Positions 17,919 to 27,204 of a stretch of 64,000 bases of DNA are shown here, piece after piece (position 1 is the stretch's first letter; each line of letters begins with the position of its first letter). The DNA is from Blastocatellia bacterium. GTDB taxonomy: Bacteria > Acidobacteriota > Blastocatellia > RBC074. The stretch covers positions 3,402 to 67,401 of the forward strand of contig DASRDU010000083.1 of assembly GCA_035652435.1 (NCBI GenBank). The letters run 5' to 3'. A model generated the notes under the pieces. That model did not search any database. It was given only the letters and a program-made list of their open reading frames with translations, and was not told where the DNA came from. The position numbers and the translations under genes were made by a program.

Positions 17919-18907
17919 CACTTTGTCTCACTTCCCCGCAATCTCGGGTCAGACACGATCAGCAGGATGTCGGCCAGCAGATTGCCGATGACCATCATCA
18001 CCGCCGTCAGCATCACGATCCCCATCAGCACCGGCACGTCGCGCCCGCGCACCGAATTGACGGCCAGCTGCCCGAGTCCCGGCCACGCCATGACCGTCTC
18101 GACGATGATCGAGCCGCTGAGCAGCGCGGCGACCGCGTACCCGAAGAGCGTGATCAGCGGGTTGAGCGCGTTGCGAGCCGCGTGACGAATGACCACGACT
18201 CTTTCGCTCAAACCCTTGGCCCGCGCCGTGCGGATGAAATCGGCCGCGAGCGCCTCGATCATCCCGGCGCGCATCTGGCGCAGATAAACCGCCGCGAGCG
18301 GCAGGCTCATCACCACCGCGGGCAGCACCAGGTGATGCAGGCTGTCGGCGATTGAAGCCGCCGAAAAATCATTCGCCACATCAAGCGAGCGCACGTTGCC
18401 GATGGGAAAGAGCCGCGTGCGCGCCGCGAACAGGAGCGCCACAATCGCCAGCACGAGGCGCGGCGTCGAGACGCTCGCGAGCGCCATTGCGCCGGTGATT
18501 CGATCCACCCACGACCCGCGCTTCACCGCCGCCAGCGCGCCGAAGGGTAATGCGACAATCCATGCGAGCAGCGTCGCCGCGAGAGACAGCTTCAGCGTGT
18601 TCGCGAGCCGCGCGCCAATCAGCGTCGTCACCGGCAGCTTTTCCGTCAGCGAAGCACCCAGATCGCCGCCGAGTACGCCTTTCATCCACGAGCCGTAACG
18701 CGCGACGAGCGGGCGATCCAGCCCGTACTCCCGCCGCAGCTTCTCAATCGTCTCCGGTTTGATCCGCGCATCCTGCTCGAGCGCGGACAGGGCGTCGCCC
18801 GGCGCCGTCCCGATCAGCGCAAAGCTGAGCGCCGAAATGATCAGCAGGGTCGGGACAGCCTGAATGATGCGTTTCAGGATGAGGCGGGCTATCGTCTGGG
18901 CAAGCAC
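17918..18907 (-). CDS. ABC transporter permease, DppB/OppB family
   Basis: N-terminus ILKRIIQAVPTLLIISALSFALI; signature FIRTARAKGLSERVVVIRHAARNALNPLITLFG; GTG start. Confidence 0.85.
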   Translation of the reverse strand: MLAQTIARLILKRIIQAVPTLLIISALSFALIGTAPGDALSALEQDARIKPETIEKLRREYGLDRPLVARYGSWMKGVLGGDLGASLTEKLPVTTLIGARLANTLKLSLAATLLAWIVALPFGALAAVKRGSWVDRITGAMALASVSTPRLVLAIVALLFAARTRLFPIGNVRSLDVANDFSAASIADSLHHLVLPAVVMSLPLAAVYLRQMRAGMIEALAADFIRTARAKGLSERVVVIRHAARNALNPLITLFGYAVAALLSGSIIVETVMAWPGLGQLAVNSVRGRDVPVLMGIVMLTAVMMVIGNLLADILLIVSDPRLRGSETK

Positions 18908-19144
18908 TTTTTACTCTCTGAGGCCGGATTGAAGGGGCAACCGACTGCCGCGGCGGAACAATCGCCGCCCGCGGCAACGGGAGCGCGATTATAGCGCTGC
19001 TGAGGAATGAAGCAAGCACTTCCCGGAAGGCCGGCCATCGGCTGCGATGCAGGCTGTCAGCTCCGGAGGATCTGACAGGACGACTGTCGTGAAACCCGGC
19101 CGCGTTCTCTCGGGAATTCCACTTGAACCAGATTACTTCTCAGG

Positions 19145-20905
19145 GTGAAATACGCTCCTATGCAATCAACCCGTTCGCTCCTGGCTCCGTTCCGAAAACC
19201 TTCAGGCCCTGCCCCCTCAGGCTGGGCGCTCGCTTTCGGCGACATAAACATCCCCGGCGAAGACTTCTCATGGCGGGATGAAAACTTCGCGGTCGCGCAG
19301 ACTGAGCCGGCCTTCAGCCCGCGGCAGCGTTTCGTCGTGGTCGGTGATGTGTGGCTGAGCAATAGAAAGCAGTTGCTGTCTGAACTCGAAGCCGATGCGA
19401 ATCCGCAGGCGTGGTACGATTTGCAGGTCATCGCCGCGCTCTGGGAAAGGCACGGCGAAGCAACCGTTTTGCGACTCGCCGGAATGTTCGGTCTGGCAGT
19501 CTGGGATCGCGAGCGGCGGGAACTGTGGCTCGCGCGCGACCCGGTCGGGGCGCGGACGATTTATTACAGCGCCGCCGGCCCCGTGCGCTGGGTTGCGCCG
19601 CAGTTGAGACCTCTGGCGCGGCGCCTGTCGCCGGAAATTGACGCCGTCGCGTTGCGCGATTACCTGTGCTGCGCATTCGTGCCGGGCGAGCGGACGATGT
19701 GGGGCGGGATTCGCGAACTGCGCCCCGGCACGATGTTGCGACTCCCCGACGGCGAAAGGAAAATTTACTGGGAAGTTCGCGAGCGGATCACGGACGCGGG
19801 CGAGCCGCTGGAATGGCATGCCCGGACGTTACGCTCACACCTTGAGCAGGTGATGGCTGAATATCTTCCTGACGGCGGGCCGGTCGGCGCCTATCTTTCC
19901 GGCGGGCTGGATTCGAGTTGTGTGGTCGCGCTCGCCGCCAATCTTCATTCGCATCCGGTCCACACTTACTCGATTCACTTCGGCGATGAGACGCCGCACG
20001 AGCTGGAATTTTCGAGCCTCGTCGCCGAACACTGCCGCACGACGCATCACATCATCGAAATCAGAACCGAGCAGATGTGGACGCTGCTGCCTGAAACGAT
20101 GGCCGTGCTGGATGATCCCATCGGCGACCCGCTGACGATCCCCAACCTGATCCTCGGGCGCGCGGCAAAACAGTCGGTCGAAGTGATCCTCAACGGCGAG
20201 GGCGGCGACCCCTGTTTCGGCGGGCCGAAAAATCAGCCGATGCTGCTCAATAATCTCTACCGCACGGCGGCTGGGTCAGGTGAAGCGGGCCCGAGCGCCA
20301 CGCCCGATCTGGTTTCGGCCTATCTCGCCTCGTTCCAGAAATGCTCGCTCGATCTCGCGCGACTGCTCAGGCCCGACGTGTGGGAAGCGGTCAGAAACGA
20401 ACCTTCAGTCTTTGAGCCAGAGCTTCACGGCGACGGCAGTTACCTGAACCGCCTGATGTTCATCAACACGAAATTCAAGGGCGCGGATCACATCCTGACG
20501 AAGGTCGGCAACCTGACGCGGTATTGCGGATTGCAGGGCCGCTCGCCGCTCTTCGACGAGCGCGTGGTCGAGCTGAGTCTGACGATCCCGCCCGAATACA
20601 AACTGAGCGGCGCGGAAGAGAAAGCCGTGCTGAAAGCGGCGGTGCGCGACCTGCTGCCCGCGCGAATTCTGGCGCGCCCGAAAAGCGGGATGATGGTTCC
20701 CGTGCAGTTGTGGTTCCGCAAATACTGGCCGAAGCAGGCGCGCGCTTTGCTGCTCAGCAGGCGCGCGAGGATCAGACGGTATCTCAATCAGGAATTGATC
20801 CGCGACTGGCTGGATTATCGCGGCGACACGTGGTCGCGGTACGGCGTGAAGCTCTGGCTGCTCGCGAGCCTTGAGCTGTGGTTACAGGCCCACGCGCGGG
20901 ATTAG
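19145..20905 (+). CDS. asparagine synthetase-like amidotransferase lacking the N-terminal Cys nucleophile
   Basis: PP-loop YLSGGLDSSCVVALAA; AsnB C-terminal domain homology throughout; N-terminal domain fold present but no MCG start (GTG at 19145 or ATG at 19160). Confidence 0.8.
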   Translation: MKYAPMQSTRSLLAPFRKPSGPAPSGWALAFGDINIPGEDFSWRDENFAVAQTEPAFSPRQRFVVVGDVWLSNRKQLLSELEADANPQAWYDLQVIAALWERHGEATVLRLAGMFGLAVWDRERRELWLARDPVGARTIYYSAAGPVRWVAPQLRPLARRLSPEIDAVALRDYLCCAFVPGERTMWGGIRELRPGTMLRLPDGERKIYWEVRERITDAGEPLEWHARTLRSHLEQVMAEYLPDGGPVGAYLSGGLDSSCVVALAANLHSHPVHTYSIHFGDETPHELEFSSLVAEHCRTTHHIIEIRTEQMWTLLPETMAVLDDPIGDPLTIPNLILGRAAKQSVEVILNGEGGDPCFGGPKNQPMLLNNLYRTAAGSGEAGPSATPDLVSAYLASFQKCSLDLARLLRPDVWEAVRNEPSVFEPELHGDGSYLNRLMFINTKFKGADHILTKVGNLTRYCGLQGRSPLFDERVVELSLTIPPEYKLSGAEEKAVLKAAVRDLLPARILARPKSGMMVPVQLWFRKYWPKQARALLLSRRARIRRYLNQELIRDWLDYRGDTWSRYGVKLWLLASLELWLQAHARD

Positions 20906-22014
20906 CCGAAGCTGTCAATCGAGTAAATGTAAACCCCGCTGCCGCCGTCGCCGCCTTCGACCGGCACCAGCGTATCCGCCGCATTCGGATCACGGCTCTG
21001 GGCGATGCCCGCCGTAATCAGTCGCAGCAGCCGTTGCGGGCCGAGCGACTCCACTTCGACATACTTTCTCTCTTCCAGCCATTTCACTTCGGCGGGCTGC
21101 AGGGCATCCCGCACGGGCGCGGGCATCGCGCTGACTTTCGGGACGAGTTTCCCGTAATCCTCCAGCACGAAGGCCGGGTGGTCAATCAACTGGCGCGGCA
21201 GCAACCCGAGGTCGAAAATCTTCACGTTGCCGAAATCCGCGAACCACGCCGGGTCGGTCAGCAGTTCGTGCGTCATCTGCACGCCGCCGGGGCTCGCGTC
21301 GTGCAGCGCGTAGACCTTCAGCTCGGGATTGCGCCGCAGCATCTGCATCACCGTGTCGAAGATGTCCTGCGGGTATTTCTCCAGACTGAGGACGGCGCAG
21401 TTGTGTTCGAAGTGAAAATTGTTGGCGATCAGGAACTGCGCGACCGCGGCATGCTGGCAGACGACGACGCGGTCAAAGCTGTAGGCGGCGACTTCGGGGT
21501 TGATGCGCGCCGGGGCCTTGCGCGGCGACGGCGGCGGCAGCAGCTTCACGAGCGGGCCGTTGATTTTCGTCCACCGGTCGAGCCACTGCCCGAACTGATC
21601 GAAAGTCACCGCCGGTTCTTTCGGCTTTTTTGACCGCAGGCGTTTCTGGACCGGAGGCAGCAGCAAAGAGAACCCGGCGCCCACCAGCAGCAACGCCAGC
21701 AGGAAGAAAAACGGCCCGCCGGCAGACGCCAGGATGACTGCCGCGGCGGACAGGCCGATGCAGCCGAGAATGAACGGGGTTTTCGAGTTGGCTTTGCGCG
21801 CGTTGAAGGCGTAGTAAAGCTGCCGCGGGGTGAAAAAGAGCGTGTCCTGCGCGGAAACCGACGAGATGCAGTTGGCAAAAAACTGATCGGTGAAGGTGAT
21901 GCCCGTCATGCCCTTCGGGTCAAAAGCGAAAGGGTGCTGACAGTTTTTACAGCGACCGTCGTTGGCGGTCCGCTCCCTGAGCTTGTTGTCAGTCTGACAT
22001 TTGATACATTTCAC
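20902..22014 (-). CDS. zinc-ribbon membrane protein (CxxC...CxxC N-terminus, 1-2 TM helices, about 240-aa C-terminal domain of unknown function)
   Basis: GTG start with GGGGG SD; MKCIKCQTDNKLRERTANDGRCKNCQHPF; hydrophobic FILGCIGLSAAAVILASAGGPFFFLLALLLVGAGFSLLL. Confidence 0.6.
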   Translation of the reverse strand: MKCIKCQTDNKLRERTANDGRCKNCQHPFAFDPKGMTGITFTDQFFANCISSVSAQDTLFFTPRQLYYAFNARKANSKTPFILGCIGLSAAAVILASAGGPFFFLLALLLVGAGFSLLLPPVQKRLRSKKPKEPAVTFDQFGQWLDRWTKINGPLVKLLPPPSPRKAPARINPEVAAYSFDRVVVCQHAAVAQFLIANNFHFEHNCAVLSLEKYPQDIFDTVMQMLRRNPELKVYALHDASPGGVQMTHELLTDPAWFADFGNVKIFDLGLLPRQLIDHPAFVLEDYGKLVPKVSAMPAPVRDALQPAEVKWLEERKYVEVESLGPQRLLRLITAGIAQSRDPNAADTLVPVEGGDGGSGVYIYSIDSFG

Positions 22015-22035
22015 AAGGTGACCCCCGCTGAGTAA

Positions 22036-22127
22036 GGCAGAAGTCAGAAGTCAAAAGTCAGAGCGCCGGGCAGCCCATGCTGGTGAGAGCAGCTCATCCT
22101 TCTGCCTTTTGACTTTTGCCTTCTGCC
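22036..22127. repeat. long imperfect inverted repeat (two 28-30 nt arms, about 34-nt loop) spanning the decarboxylase stop and the following intergenic region
   Basis: Arm A ggcagaagtcagaagtcaaaagtcagag (22036-22063); arm B ccttctgccttttgacttttgccttctgcc (22098-22127). About 24/28 complementary, more with G-U pairs. Arm B encodes the decarboxylase C-terminus (QAEGKSQKAEG). Confidence 0.6.
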
Positions 22128-23374
22128 TGCAAGACCTGATGCTCAAGCAGCACGTCGTAACTTTCGCGCCGCCGGATGAGGCGATGCGTTCCCTGCTCGA
22201 CCAGCACTTCCGCCGGGCGCGGGCGGTGCAGGAAGTGTGATGACATCGCGTAGCCGTAAGCGCCCACGCCCAGAATTGCGACCACATCGTCCGGCCGCAT
22301 GGCCGGCAGCCTGCGACCCCGCCCCAGGTAATCACGCGAGTAAGTCGTATTGCCACAAACGTCGGTCGGGTGCAGTGCATCATCGCAATCTTTCAGCGCG
22401 CGAATCTCGCGGTGACCGCCGTGAACGCTGAGGACGGCGATGTTCGCGACCGAAGTGTCGACGCCGACAATTTGTCTCTCTCCCTGCCACTTCACGGAAA
22501 CGACTTTCGCGAGCAGCGTGCCGCAACCGGCAATGGCCGCGCGCCCGGGTTCGATGAACAACTCAAGCGGGCGCCCGAGGGCGCTCGTCTGCCGCGAGAG
22601 TTCCGCGCCGAACATTCCCCAGTCGAATCCGCCTTCGCCTTCGCGGTACGGGTAACCGAAGCCGCCGCCGAAATCCAGGTACCCCCAGTCTGGCAAAGTC
22701 TTCCCCGCTTCCAGCACGGCGGCGATTGATTCGGTGAAGGCATCAGTCGCATTGGTCCCCGTGCCGCGATAAAAATGGATGCCGCTCGCTTTCAATCCGG
22801 CGCGCGCAGCAATGCTCACCGCCTCGCACAATTCCGCGACGCTCACGCCAATGCGGTTGTCCCCGGTAATTTCAGGCAGATTCAATCGAAAGCCGAGGCG
22901 TGGGAAGTCAGGCTCAGCTTTGCGTATTTCCGTCCCTCCGCTACGCGGCAAAGAACGTTCGCTGATTTCCTCACGATTTTCCGCCTTCTCCTGCTGCCAG
23001 AGTTCGCACAACAATTTCAGTTGAGAAATGCTGTCGAGGTTGAGCGTGCCGACGCCGTGCCGCAGCATCGCGGCCATCTCTTCGCGGTTGAGATTGCTGC
23101 CGCTGTACACCATCTGCCCGGGCGCGAACCCGGCTTGCAGGCCAAGGAACACGTCGCCCGGCGTGTTTGCGTGCAGGCCCCAGCCGCATTCGCGGAAGAT
23201 GCGCATCAGCGAAACGTTGCCGTTGACGACGCTGGCAAAGAAAAATTTCGTGTGCGGGTAAGGGACTGCGCGCCGGATGCGCGCAACCGTTGAGCGCAAG
23301 TGATCGGCATCGTACACGTACAGCGGCGATCCATAGTCGGCCAGCAATTGCTGTGATAATGCGGGTGAAATCAT
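22094..23374 (-). CDS. PLP-dependent decarboxylase, Orn/DAP/Arg decarboxylase (alanine racemase-fold) family
   Basis: YGSPLYVYDADHLRSTV N-terminus; ...GFRLNLPE...; YLDFGGGFGYPY; EPGRAAIAGCGTLLAKV; C-terminal CGNTTYSRDYLG beta-barrel domain. Typical DapDC/ODC layout with an internal insertion. Confidence 0.8.
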   Translation of the reverse strand: MISPALSQQLLADYGSPLYVYDADHLRSTVARIRRAVPYPHTKFFFASVVNGNVSLMRIFRECGWGLHANTPGDVFLGLQAGFAPGQMVYSGSNLNREEMAAMLRHGVGTLNLDSISQLKLLCELWQQEKAENREEISERSLPRSGGTEIRKAEPDFPRLGFRLNLPEITGDNRIGVSVAELCEAVSIAARAGLKASGIHFYRGTGTNATDAFTESIAAVLEAGKTLPDWGYLDFGGGFGYPYREGEGGFDWGMFGAELSRQTSALGRPLELFIEPGRAAIAGCGTLLAKVVSVKWQGERQIVGVDTSVANIAVLSVHGGHREIRALKDCDDALHPTDVCGNTTYSRDYLGRGRRLPAMRPDDVVAILGVGAYGYAMSSHFLHRPRPAEVLVEQGTHRLIRRRESYDVLLEHQVLQAEGKSQKAEG

Positions 23375-23417
23375 CGTGAAGAGTTATGAACGCGGCAGCG
23401 CAATCTGACCCATCGCG

Positions 23418-25238
23418 CTACGTCATTGCCCGGTATCGCCACTGCCACCAGCGCTGCGGCAGCCAGAAAGGATTATGAAGTGACTGTTTGAAATCCGGGG
23501 CTTTCAGGCGGTCTTGACGCAGCACCGTCCGCTGCCACACCTGCCACATCATCAGGAGCCACAGAATCTCGCCGATGCGGCGGCCCTGAATCTGCCCGCT
23601 CAACTGACCCGTTGCCACGCGAAGCGCGATGTCCGGCTGAAAGTGTCCTTCGGCGCGCAACGCGTCAGGCCCGAGCCACCGGCCCAGTTCGCGCCAGAGC
23701 GGCCCGAGGCACCACTGCGTCAGCGGCACGCCCATCCCGCGCTTCTCGCGCCAGACGACTTCCGCCGGCAACCAGTCCTCGACCGCGCGCTTGAGCAGGT
23801 ACTTTTCACACGGCCCGCGCAGACACAACTCGCCGGTCAGCCGGAAAGTCAGCTGCGCCAGCGGCAGCGAACAGAACGGCGTGCGCACCATCAGCCCATG
23901 GGCGAGGGCCAGATTCGTCGCCCGCGGCTGGATGTTCTGCGCGCCCTTGAGCATCAGATTCGCGCGCCGCAGGCGATGGAGCAGCGCGTGCCCTACTGAA
24001 TTATCGAGCGCTTCCCGCAGCCACTCCAGCGGATTCAGCTTTGCCACTTCCGCCCGCACCGCTTCGCTGTAAACCGCCGCCTCAGACCCATGCAGGCGAT
24101 GGAAAGTCCGCAGGTAGGCCCGCTCGAAATCATCCCCGGCAGGGTGCGACTGCTGGTAAATCCCCGCCGCAATCAGCGGCTTGTTCGCCCACCCGCCGAA
24201 CAACTGATCGCCACCTTCGCCGTTGAAACCCACGCCGACTTCGCAGGCAGCCGCTTCACTCAGCAGGAGCAATGGTGCGGTCACGCCATCACCGAAAGGC
24301 AGATCCAGCGCCCGCGCGGTCGCCGGCAGAGCCTCGCGGATTCTTCGCGGTGAGGCGTCAACTCTGATGAGCGGAATTTTCAGATGCCGCGCGACGCCTT
24401 CGGCAAAGGAAACCTCCGGCAGACCGTATTCGCCGAAATCGAGCGTGTAAGCTCTGACCTTCATGCCGGCGCGCACGAGCAGCGCCGCAGTCACTGCTGA
24501 ATCAAGCCCGCCGGACAGAAAGACTCCGACCGTTTCATCCGATGAAATGTCGCCGGTCTGCTCTTCAACCGCCTGGTCGAGCAAAGTGCGCAACTGCGTG
24601 ACGGCTTCTGCTTCGTCATTGATTTCATCATCCACCGCCTGCCACTCGTGCCATCGGCGGACGATGTTCGGAGTGCCGGCTTCAGCCGGGTTTTCCGTTA
24701 CGCCGAAGCAAAACCCGGCTGAAGCCGGCACTCCGAACGCCGAATCATGCTTCCAGACCACTTCGCACCCGGCAGGCACGGCGAAAATGTTTTCGACCGG
24801 AGTGAGCGGCGACGGAATCCACGAGAAGCACGTGTAGCCGTACAAACCGGCCGGCGAAACTTTCGCCTTCAGAATCGGCAGCAGCAGTTGAAGCCGTGTG
24901 GCAAACCAGACGGCGCCGTCGCTTTGTAGCCAGTAGAGCGGCACGCGCCCGAAAGCATCCCGGCGCAGTCTCAGGCAATGGGCCTGAGCTTCGACCAGCG
25001 CACCGCCGCCGTCTGACAGGCCGGAAGCCGAGAGCGAGGCGGTCAGCATTCCATCAGTGCCGTTTGTCTGAACGTGACGACCAAAACAAGCAATGGCGGC
25101 GGGGCTGCGGCCGTTGTGACGATTCGCCGGGAGGCTGAGCCGCTGAAAGGTGTGCGGGGTCGCGCTGATGCTGACGGCCAGCAGTGCGTCCAGCTCTTCG
25201 CGAACGCCCGCGCCCCAGTATCCGATGATTGCGCTCAT
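23418..25238 (-). CDS. asparagine synthetase-like amidotransferase lacking the N-terminal Cys nucleophile (second copy)
   Basis: Starts MSAIIGYWGAG (no Cys2); PP-loop FLSGGLDSAVTAALLV; AsnB C-terminal domain. Confidence 0.8.
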   Translation of the reverse strand: MSAIIGYWGAGVREELDALLAVSISATPHTFQRLSLPANRHNGRSPAAIACFGRHVQTNGTDGMLTASLSASGLSDGGGALVEAQAHCLRLRRDAFGRVPLYWLQSDGAVWFATRLQLLLPILKAKVSPAGLYGYTCFSWIPSPLTPVENIFAVPAGCEVVWKHDSAFGVPASAGFCFGVTENPAEAGTPNIVRRWHEWQAVDDEINDEAEAVTQLRTLLDQAVEEQTGDISSDETVGVFLSGGLDSAVTAALLVRAGMKVRAYTLDFGEYGLPEVSFAEGVARHLKIPLIRVDASPRRIREALPATARALDLPFGDGVTAPLLLLSEAAACEVGVGFNGEGGDQLFGGWANKPLIAAGIYQQSHPAGDDFERAYLRTFHRLHGSEAAVYSEAVRAEVAKLNPLEWLREALDNSVGHALLHRLRRANLMLKGAQNIQPRATNLALAHGLMVRTPFCSLPLAQLTFRLTGELCLRGPCEKYLLKRAVEDWLPAEVVWREKRGMGVPLTQWCLGPLWRELGRWLGPDALRAEGHFQPDIALRVATGQLSGQIQGRRIGEILWLLMMWQVWQRTVLRQDRLKAPDFKQSLHNPFWLPQRWWQWRYRAMT

Positions 25239-25243
25239 ACCGT

Positions 25244-25882
25244 CTACTCGACCTGAAACGTGGTCGAACTCAGCACGCGACCGCCGAGTGACATTTCGAC
25301 TTTCCACGTGCCTTTTTCCGCTGCCGCGCCGATCTGACATTTGCAGAAGGTCGGCCAGACTGTCTGGTTGGTCAGCTGTGTTTCCCAGTGATTCTGTTTG
25401 AAAACCTGCCCGCTCGGACTCGTCCATTTGCAGTCGAGCGAGAGCCTTTCATTGAGCGGCACGTCGCGCAACGTGACGTGATAATTCACTTCTTCGCCGT
25501 TGCGCGTGACCGTGGACATATTGCTGCCACTATCCACCCGCCCCGTGATTCGCCCCTGATCCCCGGTGATGCGGGCGAAGATCGCGTTGCGGTGCGAAGT
25601 CCACCAGAAGGCGGTCGTGAGCAGCGCGAGCAGGGCGACGGTCGCGGCGGCGATGATCCATTTTTTGCGCCGCCGCTCCCTGGCCAGCGCTTCCTTCCGC
25701 CGCAACTGCACGAGCGCGTCGTCAATCAGGTCAGGCGGGAGGTTGAGTTCCTGCAGGATCTGCTCGACCTGCGAGCGCTCCAGTGAATCAAGCTGCAAGT
25801 CCTCGCGGCGCTGTGCCAGCCGCGTGACTTCGGCGACGACCTGCGCCACCTGCTCGTTTCTGAGCCGTTCGGTGCTTTGCAT
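25244..25882 (-). CDS. single-pass membrane protein, hypothetical
   Basis: Charged coiled N-terminus; TM KKWIIAAATVALLALLTTAFWW; C-terminal Trp/Cys-containing domain. Stop 6 nt before the downstream AsnB-like start. Confidence 0.5.
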   Translation of the reverse strand: MQSTERLRNEQVAQVVAEVTRLAQRREDLQLDSLERSQVEQILQELNLPPDLIDDALVQLRRKEALARERRRKKWIIAAATVALLALLTTAFWWTSHRNAIFARITGDQGRITGRVDSGSNMSTVTRNGEEVNYHVTLRDVPLNERLSLDCKWTSPSGQVFKQNHWETQLTNQTVWPTFCKCQIGAAAEKGTWKVEMSLGGRVLSSTTFQVE

Positions 25883-25959
25883 GTTTGTTCCCCGGTTATT
25901 ACAACCTTTGCCCGGAGGGATTATATTAGGCAGCGTCAGGTTGTTGCCAGCCCCGCGAA

Positions 25960-27204
25960 ATGCGGGAACGTGGGAGGGTCCGCTTGAATTCGACACCTGT
26001 CCCTGAAATCGTCATCTTCGGCGCGACGCACGTCGGCATCAGACTGGCCGACCGGCTGGCGCGGGCGGCGCGGCGCGTGCTGGTGATTGACCGCGCCGCC
26101 GAGGCGCCGGAACCTTCATCCGGATGGGAATATGCCAGCTCTGATTTCACTGTGCCGGACGACATCGGGCGGGCGCGCGTGGTTTATGCCGTCACTGATG
26201 AAGACAAGCTCAACATCCGGATCGCGCTCGCCGTGCGCAACGCGAGCAGCACTGTGCCGGTGGTCATCACCCTGATCCAGAGCCGCCTCGGCAAAAAGCT
26301 GGCGCGGCATCTGGAGCATTTTTCCTTCATCAACGCGCCCGAACTCGCGGCGCAGAAATTCGTGGACGCGGTTTACGCGCCGACGCGGTCATCAGCCACG
26401 AGTGCCCGCGCCATCCCGGCGGAAACGGAAAAGGAGATTACCGAGCCCTGGAAACCTGACCCGCTGATCGTGCGCGCCGTTTGTTTCATCGGCGCGCTGG
26501 CGATTCTGGCCACCTGTTACTTTCACGTCGCCGAACACCTGTCGTGGATTGACGCCGTCTACTTTGTCGTGACGATGATGGCGACGGTCGGTTTCGGCGA
26601 CTTCAATCTGCGCGATGCCAAAACGCTTTCCAAGATCATCGGCATCCTGCTGATGATCGCCAGCGTGACCAATACCGCCGTGATCTTCGCGCTGATCACC
26701 GATTCGCTGCTCAAAAAACGGATCGCGCTCTCCTTCGGCCGCCGGCGCGTGAAGCAGTCGGGGCACGTCATCGTCGCCGGGATCGGCTCAATCGGGCTGC
26801 GCGTCGTCGAGGAGCTGCTCAAGCGCGGCGAATACGTGGTCGTCATTGACAGTCAGGAACACAGCCGCTTCCTGCCGGCGATCTATGCGAAACGAGTCCC
26901 GACCATCATCGGCGACGCGCGCATCGAACGTACGCTGCGCGACGCCGGGATGCAGGAAGCCAAAGCGCTGCTCTGCGTGACGAGGGATGACCTGACCAAT
27001 CTGGAGGTCGGGTTGAATGCCAAGCTGCTCAACCCGCGGGCCAGAGTCGTGCTGCGGATTTATGACCGGCTGCTCGCGCAGTCGCTCGACGAACGGCTCG
27101 ACATCCATTTCGCCTTCAGCATGTCCCTGATCGCAGCCGAAGTGCTGGTGCGCTTCGCCGAAGAGCCGGTTTCGCGTAGTGACACCCGGGCGCAGCCCGT
27201 CTGA
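25960..27204 (+). CDS. potassium channel with RCK (TrkA-N) domains on both sides of the pore
   Basis: N-terminal Rossmann IVIFGATHVGIRLADRL; two TM helices flanking the selectivity filter TVGFGD; second RCK VIVAGIGSIGLRVVEELL. Confidence 0.75.
   Translation: MRERGRVRLNSTPVPEIVIFGATHVGIRLADRLARAARRVLVIDRAAEAPEPSSGWEYASSDFTVPDDIGRARVVYAVTDEDKLNIRIALAVRNASSTVPVVITLIQSRLGKKLARHLEHFSFINAPELAAQKFVDAVYAPTRSSATSARAIPAETEKEITEPWKPDPLIVRAVCFIGALAILATCYFHVAEHLSWIDAVYFVVTMMATVGFGDFNLRDAKTLSKIIGILLMIASVTNTAVIFALITDSLLKKRIALSFGRRRVKQSGHVIVAGIGSIGLRVVEELLKRGEYVVVIDSQEHSRFLPAIYAKRVPTIIGDARIERTLRDAGMQEAKALLCVTRDDLTNLEVGLNAKLLNPRARVVLRIYDRLLAQSLDERLDIHFAFSMSLIAAEVLVRFAEEPVSRSDTRAQPV

Noticed and set aside
22036-22063. 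Short direct repeats aagtca/gaagtca as a possible CRISPR-like or tandem-repeat array
   Set aside because: Units are 6-7 nt, about 3 copies, and are explained as part of one arm of a larger inverted repeat. No repeat-spacer organisation.
19145-25238. Lasso-peptide biosynthetic cluster hypothesis for the two Cys-less AsnB homologues
   Set aside because: I saw no transglutaminase-like B protease, no PqqD-like RRE, no short precursor ORF with a Thr-x-Gly leader motif and no ABC exporter between or beside them. The decarboxylase pairing instead fits the exosortase-associated amidotransferase/decarboxylase pattern.
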